In this document: piece by piece, positions 1 to 18,964 of the stretch
Layout: each line of letters begins with the position of its first letter
Numbering within the stretch: the stretch's first letter is position 1
Notes under the pieces: model-generated
Seen by the model: only the letters and a program-made list of their open reading frames with translations
Database searches by the model: none
What the model was told of the DNA's origin: nothing
Source: Reclinomonas americana ATCC 50394
Lineage: Eukaryota
Direction of reading: 5' to 3'
Assembly (NCBI GenBank): GCA_048213135.1
Contig: PS015026.1
Coordinates: forward strand, 75,275 to 139,274
Length of the DNA: 64,000 bases
Position numbers and translations under genes: made by a program

Positions 1-26
1 TTTTCTCTCTCTCGTGACCACTCGCC

Positions 27-4450
<4,424 letters not shown>

Positions 4451-4934
4451 TCCCCCAGCGAACATGCATTCATGTTTTTCTATGCATCTCCAATCTCCCC
4501 TAACGTCAAATGCCTCTGAGTTTCGCACTGTGACTGTTTTTCCTTGCGCCTCCCTTCTTCTTCATCTTCCATCGCGTTTTCTTGTTTTGTGTGATGGTTG
4601 TGTGGTGTGGGTGTGCGTGCGGGGAATTGTGGTGAGCGAGTGTGACAGATGGCACCCGTCGAAAAAAAGAAANNNNNNNNNNNNNNNNNNNNNNNNNNNN
4701 NNNNNNNNNNNNNNNNNNNNNNNNNNNNNNNNNNNNNNNNNNNNNNNNNNNNNNNNNNNNNNNNNNNNNNNNNNNNNNNNNNNNNNNNNNNNNNNNNNNN
4801 NNNNNNNNNNNNNNNNNNNNNNNNNNNNNNNNNNNNNNNNNNNNNNNNNNNNNNNNNNNNNNNNNNNNNNNNNNNNNNNNNNNNNNNNNNNNNNNNNNNN
4901 NNNNNNNNNNNNNNNNNNNNNNNNNNNNNNNNNN

Positions 4935-5335
4935 ATCAAGGTGGAACGCCGCCCGTCAAACGCCACTGGCACACCCAAGATCCGCGCCATTTCCACTCCC
5001 AGCCTGGGCGCCCGCCGCTCGCCGAGTTCCCGCCAAACTCCGCGCCAAGATGCCACCGTTGCTCACGCCGCGTCGCTGCCACCGCTCGACCTGGCCGCGG
5101 ATCGCATCTAATCCCCCAGCGAACATGCATTCATGTTTTTCTATGCATCTCCAATCTCCCCTAACGTCAAATGCCTCTGAGTTTCGCACTGTGACTGTTT
5201 TTCCTTGCGCCTCCCTTCTTCTTCATCTTCCATCGCGTTTTCTTGTTTTGTGTGATGGTTGTGTGGTGTGGGGTGTGCGTGCGGGGAATTGTGGTGAGCG
5301 AGTGTGACAGATGGCACCCCGTCGAAAAAAAGAAA
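4935..5335 (+). repeat. Near-identical second copy of 4275-4672 (ATPase last exon and 3' UTR) across an N gap; probably an unmerged contig overlap
   Basis: ATCAAGGTGGAACGCC...GATGGCACCCGTCGAAAAAA occurs on both sides of gap 4673-4934 and differs only in homopolymer lengths. Confidence 0.9.
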
Positions 5336-5375
5336 AAAACGAAAATTATTGAAGCAATTGTGATGTACAAAGTTG

Positions 5376-5562
5376 GGGGCAAAGGGGCGCAGAGGAGGGG
5401 AAGGGAGGGGGCAGAGGGGAAGGGAGGGGGCAGAGGGGAAGGGAGGGGGCAGAGGGGAAGGGAGGGGGCAGCGTGGGAAGGGGCAGCGTGGGAAGGGGCA
5501 GCGTGGGAAGGGGCAGCGTGGGAAGGGGCAGCGTGGGAAGGGGCAGCGTGGGAAGGGAAGGG
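5376..5562 (+). repeat. G-rich minisatellite: GGGGGCAGAGGGGAAGGGA units followed by 15-bp GGGGCAGCGTGGGAA units
   Basis: Tandem units read directly and run into a gap. The G-tracts could form quadruplexes. Confidence 0.9.
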
Positions 5563-5998
5563 NNNNNNNNNNNNNNNNNNNNGGAAGAGGGAGAGAGGGA
5601 GGGAGAGAGAGGAGGAGGAGAGAGAGGAGAGAGAGGAGAGTGATCAATGCATGCAGTGGATCTATTTTCCGAAAGATTCATGTTCGTGGCTGCTTGTTTC
5701 CCTCAGTCTTTCTTTCTCTTCCTCCTCCTCCTCTTCCTCCTTCCCCTTATTCTTCTTCTTCTTTTTTTTCTTCGTTGCCTTCTGTCTTCATGTCTCTGCT
5801 GTTCTTGTTGGCGCTATCTGCCTACTCTTCGCACATTCTCTCTCAATCCTCTCTGAGTCTCTCATCTCTCGTCCCTCGCAGCTGCTCTTTCCTCCCGCTT
5901 TCGTCTCTCACTCTCCCTCTATGTGCCAACTTGCATTGCTTTCACTCTCTCCCTCTTTCTCCCTTTCCCACTCACTCTCTCTCCCTTTCTCCCCGCAG

Positions 5999-7346
5999 AA
6001 CCCCCTTCATCTTCCAGGCCGCGGCCTCCAACTCGACGCACTTGCAATGGTGCCTCTCGGGCTATGCTTGCAGCGCTGGCATTCAGTGGGACCTCACGCT
6101 GAAGGATGCCAACACCATGGAGTTTACTGTGCTCTTCCCGCCGCCAGTGGCGCACGCCTACGTCGTGCTGAAGCGTGTGGCCGATGCGACGCCGGTGCCC
6201 GTCGGCACGCCCATGCACTGCAATTTCACCCGCGCGCACGAGGAGCCACGGCCAGTGGAGGGCGGCTGCCCGTTCCATGCGATGAAGAAGGCCGCCAATC
6301 GGGCCACGATGGATGCGGCCGCCGCAGTGCAGCTGCAGGCCAATCAGGACGTGGCTCCGGTGGAGGTGCCGACGTGGACTGGCGACTACAACTTTTGCGT
6401 GGTGCTGAATCGCGCCGTGGACGCGCGACTGCAGTGGACGGTGCACGAGGATACAAAGTTACGTGAGCCGAGCGTGTATGTAGGAGGGAGAATACAGGGA
6501 CTGACGGGGTTTTTCTCAACACAGGATGCTGGATGTGGCGTTTTCTGTGCGCGGCGATGTGATGACCAACTGGGTGTTGCGTTGCGGGAGGAGTGGCTTG
6601 CATTCTCACATTGTCTTTCCCTCTCCCTGTTTTCGTTTCCTCCTCCTCTTCTCGACGAAGGAGTAAGCGAAACAAGAGAATGACGACAGCAGAAGAAGTA
6701 GAAAGAAGAGGAGAGGGAGCAGAAGAAGGTGGTCTGCAGAGACGTTCATGTCACGTCCTCTCCGTGTCCACTTTCCCTCCCCCTGTGGTTCAAGATAAAC
6801 TGCGGGGTGGAGACGTTCACCTCACTTCCTCTCCCTTTCTCCCCCCTTTCCCTTTCTACAGCGGCTTCGGCTTCTCCCCGGCCTTCCCGGGCATGATTGA
6901 CGCCGACGTGGTGATTGGCTACCTCATCAACGGCGACGCCAACCAGCAGTGCGTGCGCAGCATGTACACGCGCGACTATGTCGGCATGCCGTACGACGAC
7001 ACCTCCATGTCGCTGACGCAGACTGGCGTGCAGTATTCTGCGTCGTCGGGCACCTACACGCTCAAATTCTCACGCTCTCTGGCCTCGGGCCATCACAGCA
7101 TTCCGGTGCACGTGCCGCCGTTCCCCAACTACGAGCCCTAGTGCGTCCACGAAACATACTCAAGTGTCTCTTGTCTTTCTATTGACCTTGTGTTGTTCTT
7201 GCAGCCTAATCATGTGGGCGACGGGCGGCGGTCCGGTTGGGTCGTGCACGGGCGCCAAGCTCAACTACCACAGCATCTTCCGCGGTGTGCGTGCCATGGA
7301 CTGGACGACGCCCAGCAATGTGTTCCCAAAGGACATGTTTTGCTGA
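5999..7346 (+). CDS. DOMON-domain protein, 5' end unresolved; introns 6458-6524, 6576-6861, 7141-7204
   Basis: Spliced translation LQWTVHEDTKMLDVAFSVRGDVMTNWVGFGFSPAFPGMIDADVVIG...YTLKFSRSL...LIMWATG...LNYH matches the DOMON signature (WVGFG, GMxxADVVIG, FSR, IWA, YH). Confidence 0.85.
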
Positions 7347-7475
7347 GCGTCACTCCCCAATCTCGTTCTTTTTTTCTTTTTCGTGAGTGGAATACATTAA
7401 TACTTTATGAAGATGGCGAATCAGCAATACAACAGTTGTGTGGGAGGTAGGGTTAATCTTTGCAGCACGCTCCAC

Positions 7476-8667
7476 TCAGAATAGGGAAATGGAGCGCGCG
7501 TGAGACGAGCGACTGGGGCTCGATAATGACTGGTGCAGGCGGGCAGAGCCACCACCTCCACCAGCGGCAGCGGTCGGCGACGACCGTAACATCGACGACG
7601 ACGATGATGATGGGGAGATCGCCGCCGCTACTGCTCCTGCTGTGCGTGTGCGCAGCAGACCGGTACCAGACGCCGCCAGGGCTGCCAACGTTCCAAGCGC
7701 TCGCAGCCTGCTGGCGGCATCGGGGGCGATACAAGAGGCCGAACTCGGGTACGCCGGTAGACGAGGGACACGGCGCCGCGCCACTGCACGACCTTCGCCT
7801 TGCGCACGACTGCTGGCGCGCGCACTGGCGTGAGCGGCCAACGAGAGATGCGAGCAGTGCGCCGAGTCGCGAATCTCGGCCGTGGGTATCATGCGATCAA
7901 AGCGCACCACCATCACTCCGTCGTGGAACGACACACCACGGCTGTGTGTCGCTTGTGGTGGTGGTGGTGGTACATCAAGGGCGGGAGCAGATCCACCGTC
8001 GGCATCGGCATGCGTGCACGGTGACGCCGCGTCGGCGCCACTGCCGCTGCCGGAGCCACACGACGCGGCGGCGGCCAGCAGCTCGTCACTCGCCTCCGCC
8101 GCATTCTCGTCGACAGCGGGGGTGATGGCAGCAGCCGCAGCCGCCGCAGCCTCGGCCTTTTTCTGCGCATGCACGAGCGGCGAGCTAATGACGACACGCG
8201 GCGACGACCCGCTGTTGCCGCTGTTGCCGCTGCTGCGCAGCGGCGATGCCACCAGCTCGCCATCGTCCGCCGCCACCATCGACATGTCGAGGAAGAGTCG
8301 GCCGCGAGGACCCGATCCCAACACTGTCGTGTTGGGTGTCGTCGACGTTGTTGTTGTCGTAGACGTGGCGGGCGGGGGTGGCGGTGGGGGCGGCGGCGAG
8401 GGTGCCCAGAGGGGTGGTAATGGGGGTGCGGGGGAGCGGCGTGCGGGAGGTGACGCGGGGGAGCGAGGAGCTGCGGAAAGGGAGAGGGTGAGCAGAGGGG
8501 AGAAAGGGGAAGGATGAGAAAAGGGGGAAGGGGGAGGGGATGGAAAGGAATGAGGGAGGAAAGAAGAAAAGAGTGAAGGAGAGTGAGAGAGAGAGAGGGA
8601 GGGAGAGAGAAAGAGAGCATGTAAGCCCATGAAAAGCTCTCACGCACACGCACACACACGCATACTC

Positions 8668-8743
<76 letters not shown>

Positions 8744-8779
8744 GTCCTCCTCCTCCTCCNNNNNNNNNNNNNNNNNNNN

Positions 8780-8854
<75 letters not shown>

Positions 8855-9609
8855 CTCTCTCCCTCTCCCTCCCACTCTCAAGAAGGGGACAGGGGGAGGA
8901 GGAAAGGAATGCTGCAGGGAGATACGAGAGCGGTTCAACGATGAAAAGGTAATAAAAGGTAACAGGGGCTGAAGTAGGATACGAATGGACTGGCGTAAGC
9001 GCGACAGTGAACGAGAATGCGTCACAACAAGAAACGACGAGGAGACGGAGCACCGACTCACCATGCATGCCGTCTAGTCTTCCTTGGCCGCTAGTTCGAG
9101 AGCTGGCCGGAGAGACGGATGCTGCAGGGGGGAGAGAAGAGAGCGAAAGTGAGCCGAACAAGGGAGAAAGAGATAACAGCAGAAAACAGACAAACAGACA
9201 AAAAACGCAACAAGCGAGGACCCGAGACGCTGTTGGTGACGACAAGCCTGCACCAAGGGAATCAGAGACACACCACCCCCACGCACACAAAGCGGCACAG
9301 ACAAACCATCAGCAGCACCCTGTCTCCTCAACACCGCATGCTGCTCACCCGAGCTCACACGCGCCACCATCAACGCCGCCGCCTCACTCGCCGACACACC
9401 CGTCTTGCCCGTCACCAACGGCGACGACGAAGACGACGATGAAGGCGAGCGCAGAACACTCAGCGGATTGCTCATCCAGTGCTTACTCCGCGGCGATTTG
9501 GACGGCGACACTGGCGGCGCCTGCTGCTGCTGCTGCTCGTCCTTCAGCAGCAGCGATGCCAGTGAGGAGGTCGAGGAGGAGGGCGAGAGGCTCAGGGTGG
9601 GCGATGACA
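7476..9609 (-). CDS. Low-complexity hypothetical protein (exons about 9609-9320 and 8477-7476, joined across a gap)
   Basis: GC-rich open frames with coding-like codon use (MSSPTLSLSPSS...; ...RGVSFHDGVMVVRFDRMIP...). No recognisable domain, and the join is inferred. Confidence 0.45.
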
Positions 9610-10161
9610 TGGTTTGGGGGCGGCTGTAGAGAGGGAAAGGGAGTGAGGCGAAGAGGGGGGGAGAGTGAGGAGAGAGGAGAGAGGAGAGTGTGAATGAGCA
9701 GGATTCAGACATTCTGGCAACGGGAGCTCTATGTGTGTGTGTGTGTGTGTGTGTGTGCATGTGTGTGAATGAGGAGAGAAGAGTGTGAATGAGCAAGTGT
9801 CAGACATCCTGGTTGTTCAAAGGATACCAGGAGGGCAAGAGAGACTGGGAGCTGTGTGTGTGCGTGCGTGTNNNNNNNNNNNNNNNNNNNNNNNNNNNNN
9901 NNNNNNNNNNNNNNNNNNNNNNNNNNNNNNNNNNNNNNNNNNNNNNNNNNNNNNNNNNNNNNNNNNNNNNNNNNNNNNNNNNNNNNNNNNNNNNNNNNNN
10001 NNNNNNNNNNNNNNNNNNNNNNNNNNNNNNNNNNNNNNNNNNNNNNNNNNNNNNNNNNNNNNNNNNNNNNNNNNNNNNNNNNNNNNNNNNNNNNNNNNNN
10101 NNNNNNNNNNNNNNNNNNNNNNNNNNNNNNNNNNNNNNNNNNNNNNNNNNNNNNNNNNNNA

Positions 10162-10582
10162 GGCACCGGTGCTCGACGCGGTACTGTCGCTGCTCAAGGA
10201 GCTGGATCGGGAGAGTCTGGAGATTGTGCGCTTCCGCGTCGACTCGCAGCTCATGAGCTTGGCCGGCGGCGCCGGCAACGGTGGCAATCGCAATCGAGGC
10301 GGCGGAGGACAACAACAACAGCAGCAGCAGGCTCAACCACGTCGTCCATCCACACACTCGCATGCACCACCTCCAGCGCCGCCACCCGCCGCCGTGCACG
10401 ATCCACTGCCGCCACACATGCGTCGCCAGTCGGCTGCTCCCGCTCCCGCTGCTGCTGCTGCCATCGCTGCAGAGAGCTCCCCCGGTGCCTACTCGGGCGA
10501 CGGAGGTGGAGGCACTAGTGACTCGTCGCCCGAGTACGTGCGCCAGAGGAGAAGGCAGGAGCGCCCTCTGGTCTTCATGTAG
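10162..10582 (+). CDS. 3' exon of a hypothetical protein whose 5' part lies in or before the gap
   Basis: Open frame APVLDAVLSLLKELDRESLEIVRFRVDSQLM...RPLVFM* with coding-like composition. Confidence 0.55.
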
Positions 10583-10651
10583 CCGATGACGTCATGGCAT
10601 GAACAAATGTAAAACTGTCCCACTCACAAAAAAACACAAACACACGCGAGA

Positions 10652-11720
<1,069 letters not shown>

Positions 11721-12066
11721 TCTCGCGCATCCCCCCCTGGTCTCGCTCTTTGTCTCTTGCTTGCGGATTCGTGGCCGGCAGCTAGTTCTCTCCTCTTTTC
11801 TCTCTCTCTCGCTCTAGTCCCCACGTATTGCTGGTAACTGCACACATTGTTGTGGTGGTGGTAGTGGAACGCGTGAGTGAGTTGAGAGCGGTAGCGGTNN
11901 NNNNNNNNNNNNNNNNNNNNNNNNNNNNNNNNNNNNNNNNNNNNNNNNNNNNNNNNNNNNNNNNNNNNNNNNNNNNNNNNNNNNNNNNNNNNNNNNNNNN
12001 NNNNNNNNNNNNNNNNNNNNNNNNNNNNNNNNNNNNNNNNNNNNNNNNNNNNNNNNNNNNNNNNNN

Positions 12067-12352
<286 letters not shown>

Positions 12353-12789
12353 AACACAACGAGAAAGAGAGAGAAAGCCCTTACCTTTTGTTGTTGCGTG
12401 ACAGGAGAGTGAAACGAGATGCTCTGATCCTCCCCATTAACCCCTCTCCCTCGTGCTCTCTGTGAGTGAGTGCATGTGTCCCACATTTTTATCCACAGTG
12501 ACACATGCAAAGCAAAAGTCACCGCAGAGGGTAAATGGGGACCCCACATCATTATCACCCTGCCGCAAAAGTAATAGTAGCGTGTGAGGCACCGCTCGGC
12601 AGATGGATTAGCTGCACGCGCGACCTCACCCCTGGCAGGGTTTGGAGATCTAGAGTGTGCAATAAAAAAACACAGAAAGACAAGAGAGGGAGAGGGAGGG
12701 AAAAAGTAACCAGCGAGAACCAAACGCATTCACTTGCTCACCAACTGCGACACGGGCAGCGCGCACTCNNNNNNNNNNNNNNNNNNNNC

Positions 12790-14709
12790 CTTGCCGGTGC
12801 CAATGGCCCACACCGGCTCGTACGCAATCACCACGTCGGCCCAGTTGCTGATGCCAGCTGCGCGGCGGTGAGAACTCAGACAGCACCACCTAGGAGACAC
12901 GGAGTGCGCACACCAGCAAAGGCGGCCAGTTGGCGCTCGACGACCTCAATCGTCTGCCCGGCCTCGCGCTCCGACAGCAGCTCGCCGACGCACGCCGCCA
13001 CCTTCAAGCCCGCTGCTTGTGCCGCGCGGATCTTTTCGGTCATCAGCTGCAATAGTGGGGAAGGGGGGGAGGGGAAAGGGGGAGGGTGAGGGAAAGGGGA
13101 AGGGAGGGGAGAAGAGGATTAGTGAGGCAAAGGATGAGAACAGCAAGACGTGCAGAGAAGAAGAAGGGAAGCGAGGCGAGTATGGAACAGGGGGAGGCTG
13201 GGAGAAGGTGAGGAGAGAGAAGAACAGGAGGAAAAGGGGAAGAGTGAGGGAAATGGAGGCGAAGGATGAGAATGGGAAGAGTTGGAGAAGGAGAAAGAAG
13301 AGTTTGGAGAGAAGAAGAAGGGAACCGAGGCAAGGATGAAAACACAAGGAGGTGGGGAGAAGGAGAAGGGAGGGCGAGGCGAGTATGAAAACAAAGAGGA
13401 AAGGGAGGAGTGGGAGCAGAAAGGAGAGGGAAGAGGCAGGAAAACAGGTAGAATGGGATGTGACATGAAAGAGAAGGGAGGGGAGAAGGGCGATGGAATT
13501 GCGATGAACGAGAAGAGGATATGGAGAATGGGAGAAAGAACGAACAAAGGATAGGGACAGGGAGAGAGAGAGAGAGAGAGANNNNNNNNNNNNNNNNNNN
13601 NNNNNNNNNNNNNNNNNNNNNNNNNNNNNNNNNNNNNNNNNNNNNNNNNNNNNNNNNNNNNNNNNNNNNNNNNNNNNNNNNNNNNNNNNNNNNNNNNNNN
13701 NNNNNNNNNNNNNNNNNNNNNNNNNNNNNNNNNNNNNNNNNNNNNNNNNNNNNNNNNNNNNNNNNNNNNNNNNNNNNNNNNNNNNNNNNNNNNNNNNNNN
13801 NNNNNNNNNNNNNNNNNNNNNNNNNNNNNNNNNNNNNNNNNNNNNNNNNNNNNNNNNNNNNNNNNNNNNNNNNNNNNNNNNNNNNNNNNNNNNNNNNNNN
13901 NNNNNNNNNNNNNNNNNNNNNNNNNNNNNNNNNNNNNNNNNNNNNNNNNNNNNNNNNNNNNNNNNNNNNNNNNNNNNNNNNNNNNNGAGAGAGAGAGAGA
14001 GAGAATGGGCGAAGGAGGAATAGGAAGAGGGAGAAAGAGAGAATAGTAAACACAAGAGAGAACAGGTCGACAGGTCAGAGAACCACGCACCGCATCGGTC
14101 TCGCCAAACACATGACGACGCTCCGAGTGACCGAGAATGACCCAGGGGATGCCGGCATCGCGAATCATGGCGACCGTGACCTCGCCGGTAAAGGCGCCGT
14201 CCTTGATGTAGGCGTCTTGCAGGGCGACGGCAATGCCAGGTCGCACAGTCGCCTGCACGGAGAGCGCGTACAGTGCAGGAGGTGCCACCACGACCTCTGT
14301 GTGAGGACACAGGGAGGTGAGGAGGAGGAGGAGGGGGAGGAGGAGGAGAGGAAGGTGAAGGAGAAGGAGGAGGAGGAGACGATGATTAAGTGCACAGAGA
14401 GAAGAAGAAGAACAAGAACAAGAACAAGAACAAGAACAAGAACAAGAAGAAGGACAAGAAGAAGAAGAAGAAGAGGAAGAAGGTGACAGAGGAGGCAGAG
14501 AGGGAGGAGCAGGAGCTCACCAACATTGGCGGGAAGATCAGCCGCGTTGAGGCTGTCGACAAGTGCAGCAGTGGATGCCTTGTTGCCGTTCTGTTTTGCA
14601 CACAAGCTGTGAGCGGTAGCACATGGTGGCGTGGCGTTGTGTGTCATGTGCACGAAACGGCTTTCCAGTTGCCGCCGACCCAGGGAGTGCGAGATGCGCT
14701 TGCGGCCAT
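12790..14709 (-). CDS. TPI: Triosephosphate isomerase, N-terminal five exons
   Basis: [51 protein letters not shown] at 14709. Confidence 0.96.
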
Positions 14710-15060
14710 TGCGAAGAGGAAAATCTGAGTCCTGCTGCGCAACTTCGTTTGCGACGTCGTCGCTTTTCTCTTCGTAGCTTAGGATGGTATGTCGGGCAGC
14801 TGCTGGCGGATCGGTAGAAGAAGCGCCCATGTACATCGACCGCTGTAACCACTGCCGGTTTGCTGCAAACGTCGACGTCGATTGCGTCGCAAAGGGAACG
14901 AATTCGAGTGAGAAAGAGTAGACGCCCTCGTGCCAGGCGCGCATGCATAACGCTGCACGCAGAGATCAGTGAGCCATTGCTTCTGGATCTTTGTTGTTCT
15001 TCATTGACTGGCATCAAACACGAGACCGTTACGCGCACTACGGTACACGCCACTCCACCC

Positions 15061-17842
15061 TCACTTGTGGCTACTTAGCAGCACCCTCGCAATCGGTCGC
15101 AGTCGATACCTCAAGCTCGCCTTCTGCATCCGAAGAAGAAGAAGAACTCTGTCCAAAAAACACTCGTCAACAAAATGCTCCCCATACTGCAGGCCCCACA
15201 AACACACCTCGTCTTCCGCCAGTGACGACCGCGCCGCCACGCCACGCTGGAAGAATGCGTGCTGCGCCGCCTCGGTCGACGACATGCGCTCGTCTGCATT
15301 GAGCCTCAGCAGACGGTCGACCATGTCGACAGCCTCGGCCCACGCAGGCCCGCCGACATCGTATCGGACCATATCCGCAATCTCCTCCATGGCCTCCAAC
15401 AGCATCGAGCGAACGTCCATCGGGTGATACGACGACGAGAACCACGGGCACCGACGCTGAAGCAGCAGCAAAGCGAGAGTGACACCAAAGCTCCACATGT
15501 CCGACTGAACTCCCCACTCCGGCGACTCGTCCGCGAATCCACTCATTTCCGGGGCCTGTGTGTTTGTTACTTCATCAGTGGACACATACGCATTACGAGG
15601 GCGCCAGCGAAGCCAACAACGTCACCATGTAGCCCGCAGTGCCGACCCATCGCTCGCGGCGCGCAATGGTGTCGCACTTGTCCGGCAGGCGAGTAGACAG
15701 GGTGTAGTCGACCAGAACCGCCTTTTGTAGTTTTCGATCGAGCAAGACGTGCGCCGGCTTCACGTCGCCGTGCACGATCCGAAGCGTGTGCATGCGACCC
15801 AGGACGCAAACAACATCGGCACACATAATCGCCACCTCCTCAACGTAGAACGGCTGATCGTCGGGGACAAGTCGCAGCAGGATGCCGTCATCACTCGTCA
15901 CCGACAACACCTCGGGCACACACTGACGCACGCGCGAATCCACATCCAGACCGTCGACAATGGCCTCGATAATCTCCGCCTCGTGCTCCGCTGTTCCCGA
16001 TCCGCTCTTCCACATTGTGCCACCGTCCGCGCGAGATTTCTTTTGCTTCCGCCCATTGCCCGGGGAACGGTTCGACTGGCTTCCAGAGGCACTCTCCGGA
16101 TTGAAACTGGCCGCGCGTCGTCGTTCCATGAGCGTGCTGTTCGGCGCCCGGCTGACGTCGGTCCAGTGTGACATCTGGGCCGCCTTGCGACCAATCGCCA
16201 CCAGCACAGCGTGCAACGATAACACCGATCCGACTGCATGCATGCGCGATGGGTGCACGAACATGTACATAACTGGCGACGAACACTGACCACGCAAGCC
16301 GAGAAATTCGCATTGAAGCGGAGCAGCCTCGTCGTGCACGAACTGCCACGTCCCGACAACAGAGTACGCCACAGGAGGCGTGTCGGCATCAGCAACGGTA
16401 TTGAAGTGGCACTCCAGAATGGTGATGGCAGAGGAGCCAGCGAGGGCGCCGAAAATCACCAGGTCCTGTCTCTTGTCAACGACCACGTGCGCTGCGAGAA
16501 GCAGGAGAGCGTCCCACATCTCCACCACAAGCTTCTTGGTATCTGGATGTCGAAAGAGGCCCAAGCGGTCGCGCACGAAACGCGATTTGGGAAGTCGACA
16601 GCGTCCGGGGGCGGGAGCAGGCTGGCGCATTTCTGCGAGTGCCGTAGTCAAGAGCTCCACAACCTCGCGGTTTATCGGCCTGCGACCATTTATAGTGCAA
16701 TTTATAAACACGTCGGTCTGTGTGCGCACACAGACTTAATGGCCACGCACTTTTCTGACTTGCCGCCTGTTTTGCACGCCAGGAGGAACACTGGAAACTG
16801 GTGCTTTCCGCCCTCCTTGCACAAGAGGAGCACCAAGTCCATTTTGACTGTGGAATTGAATGTTGGAAACACACACACACGCACACACACATACCACGAT
16901 CAGAACACCACACAAAACACTCAAGCGCTCACGGTGACGGCACATGATCACACACCGTTGAAAGTCACACCTTGGGTGAAATGCCGACTCCATCCTGCAG
17001 CGTCCAGTGCCGGCCGTCCCACCTCCAGCAGCGCACCAATCATGGCATTCCAAAGCCCGCCCACCACTCGCGCCTCTGTGGCATGCCGAACTTTTCGCCC
17101 ATCGAAACAAACAAAAGACGGACAAAGGGCGTCAGCACACAACATTGAGGAGATCGGGAGCTGACGGCTGCTGTGACGCACAAGAGTTGCGGAACGCGTC
17201 GGCGAGCACCACGCACTGCAGATCAGCGTTGCGTGTCATCAGAGCCTCAACGGCGTACAGCGCCCTGCAAAATGAGCGTGACTTGAAAGCGAGTAAACGG
17301 TGACGTAGCCAGTAGCACCCGCGGGGCGTCAGTGTGCGTACCTGGTCGACGCATCTCCGAGAGACTTGATGAACTGCCGTTCAACATCCTCGCCAATGCC
17401 GACATTCTGCTGTTCCCTAACAGGATACAGCGCCGAGACCTGCATGTCTGCCTCAGAATCACGTGGCTCAAGCCTGTTGTATCCCTCGCGGCGAAGATCA
17501 CACAGACGATCCAGCGAGTCGAAAATCAGCTGGCTCAGAGCCGCAGGAGGCACGCAGTTGTCCGCAATCACAGCACAAAGCGGCTCTGAGAGACAATCGA
17601 GGCCACTGGAGCCGAGGCGAACGCAGCCTAACAAGATCGGCCATCAGCAGCACATCAAAGCGCGCAACAATCGCAGAGGGTATACCTTCGGTGAGCAACG
17701 CCTGATTGTCGGGATGCAAGACGCTGCCTCGACCGTACAGCGTCGTTGTAGCGAAGCGGAACAGACATCCAGTGCCGCGAGCTGGGCTATTCCAATCTGT
17801 GTTGGATGAGAAGAGCAGGCGATCGCGGGTCGCTGTTGATGT

Positions 17843-17912
<70 letters not shown>

Positions 17913-18132
17913 CGAAGAGACGCGACGACACGACGAACAACGTACGTACGTACGTTACGTTACGAACGTAAAAGTAAAATAAAGTACGTAACTACCCTAA
18001 CCNNNNNNNNNNNNNNNNNNNNCGACGGAACGACGACACACTACGTCGCGACGCGCGCGGCGTCGTACTACTACTCGTCGTGTGTAGTAGAAGAGAGACG
18101 GACGACGACGGCGGTCGGCGTCGTGTGTGTGT

Positions 18133-18202
<70 letters not shown>

Positions 18203-18660
18203 CGAAGGAAGCGTCAGCAATGCAACATGCAGTTTCGCAGAAATAAATGAGCTTACACACCACCGGTATCGCCAAGAGTCGGCGACAGCCTGCCGCTGGC
18301 ACTGGAAGCGGCACCGGCCACTTGCGCACTCAACTGCTGAATCTTCGCCTCTTTGGCAATCCGTTTCTTCTGTGCGGCGATCCGTTTCTGCTTTTCGGCC
18401 ATCTGTTTCTGTATTTCGATCTTGGCAAGCCTGCGTAGCTCTTCTAGCGAGACTGCACACGCCACAATTAGAGGGAGAGAAAGACATGACACATTGTGTT
18501 TCTGGTGTACAACATGTCAACCAAAAAAACGCACGATTACGAAGCGCGTCGAGGTCGAAGTCAACTTCGCCGTTGTCGTCGTCATCCTCATCAGTGGTGT
18601 CACTCACACTGTCGTCGTCGCTGTTGTCGACGCTCTGAAGAATGCCGAAGTCGCCATCTG
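15061..18660 (-). CDS. Divergent protein kinase preceded by a PD-(D/E)xK-like region and a coiled-coil/acidic N-terminus (Crinkler-like); possibly a pseudogene
   Basis: Kinase motifs IVHGDVKPAHVLL, LVDYTLS, GTAGYM|APE, SDMWSFGV, LLRLNADERMS. Upstream KMDLVLL...PVFLLACKTG at about 16850-16760, with a frameshift near 16730. The 5' extent is uncertain. Confidence 0.65.
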
Positions 18661-18707
18661 CGCGGAGCAAGAGAGCGATACAGAAGGAGAAGAATGAGAA
18701 GAGCGAA

Positions 18708-18964
<257 letters not shown>

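Noticed and set aside
17911-18130. Odd ACG/TACG-rich sequence (CGTACGTACGTACGTTACG..., ending CCCTAACC) flanking a 20-N gap
   Set aside because: It follows (CA)n tracts at contig ends and mirrors the TACG flow order of pyrosequencing, so it is most likely read-end noise. A single CCCTAA is not a telomere.
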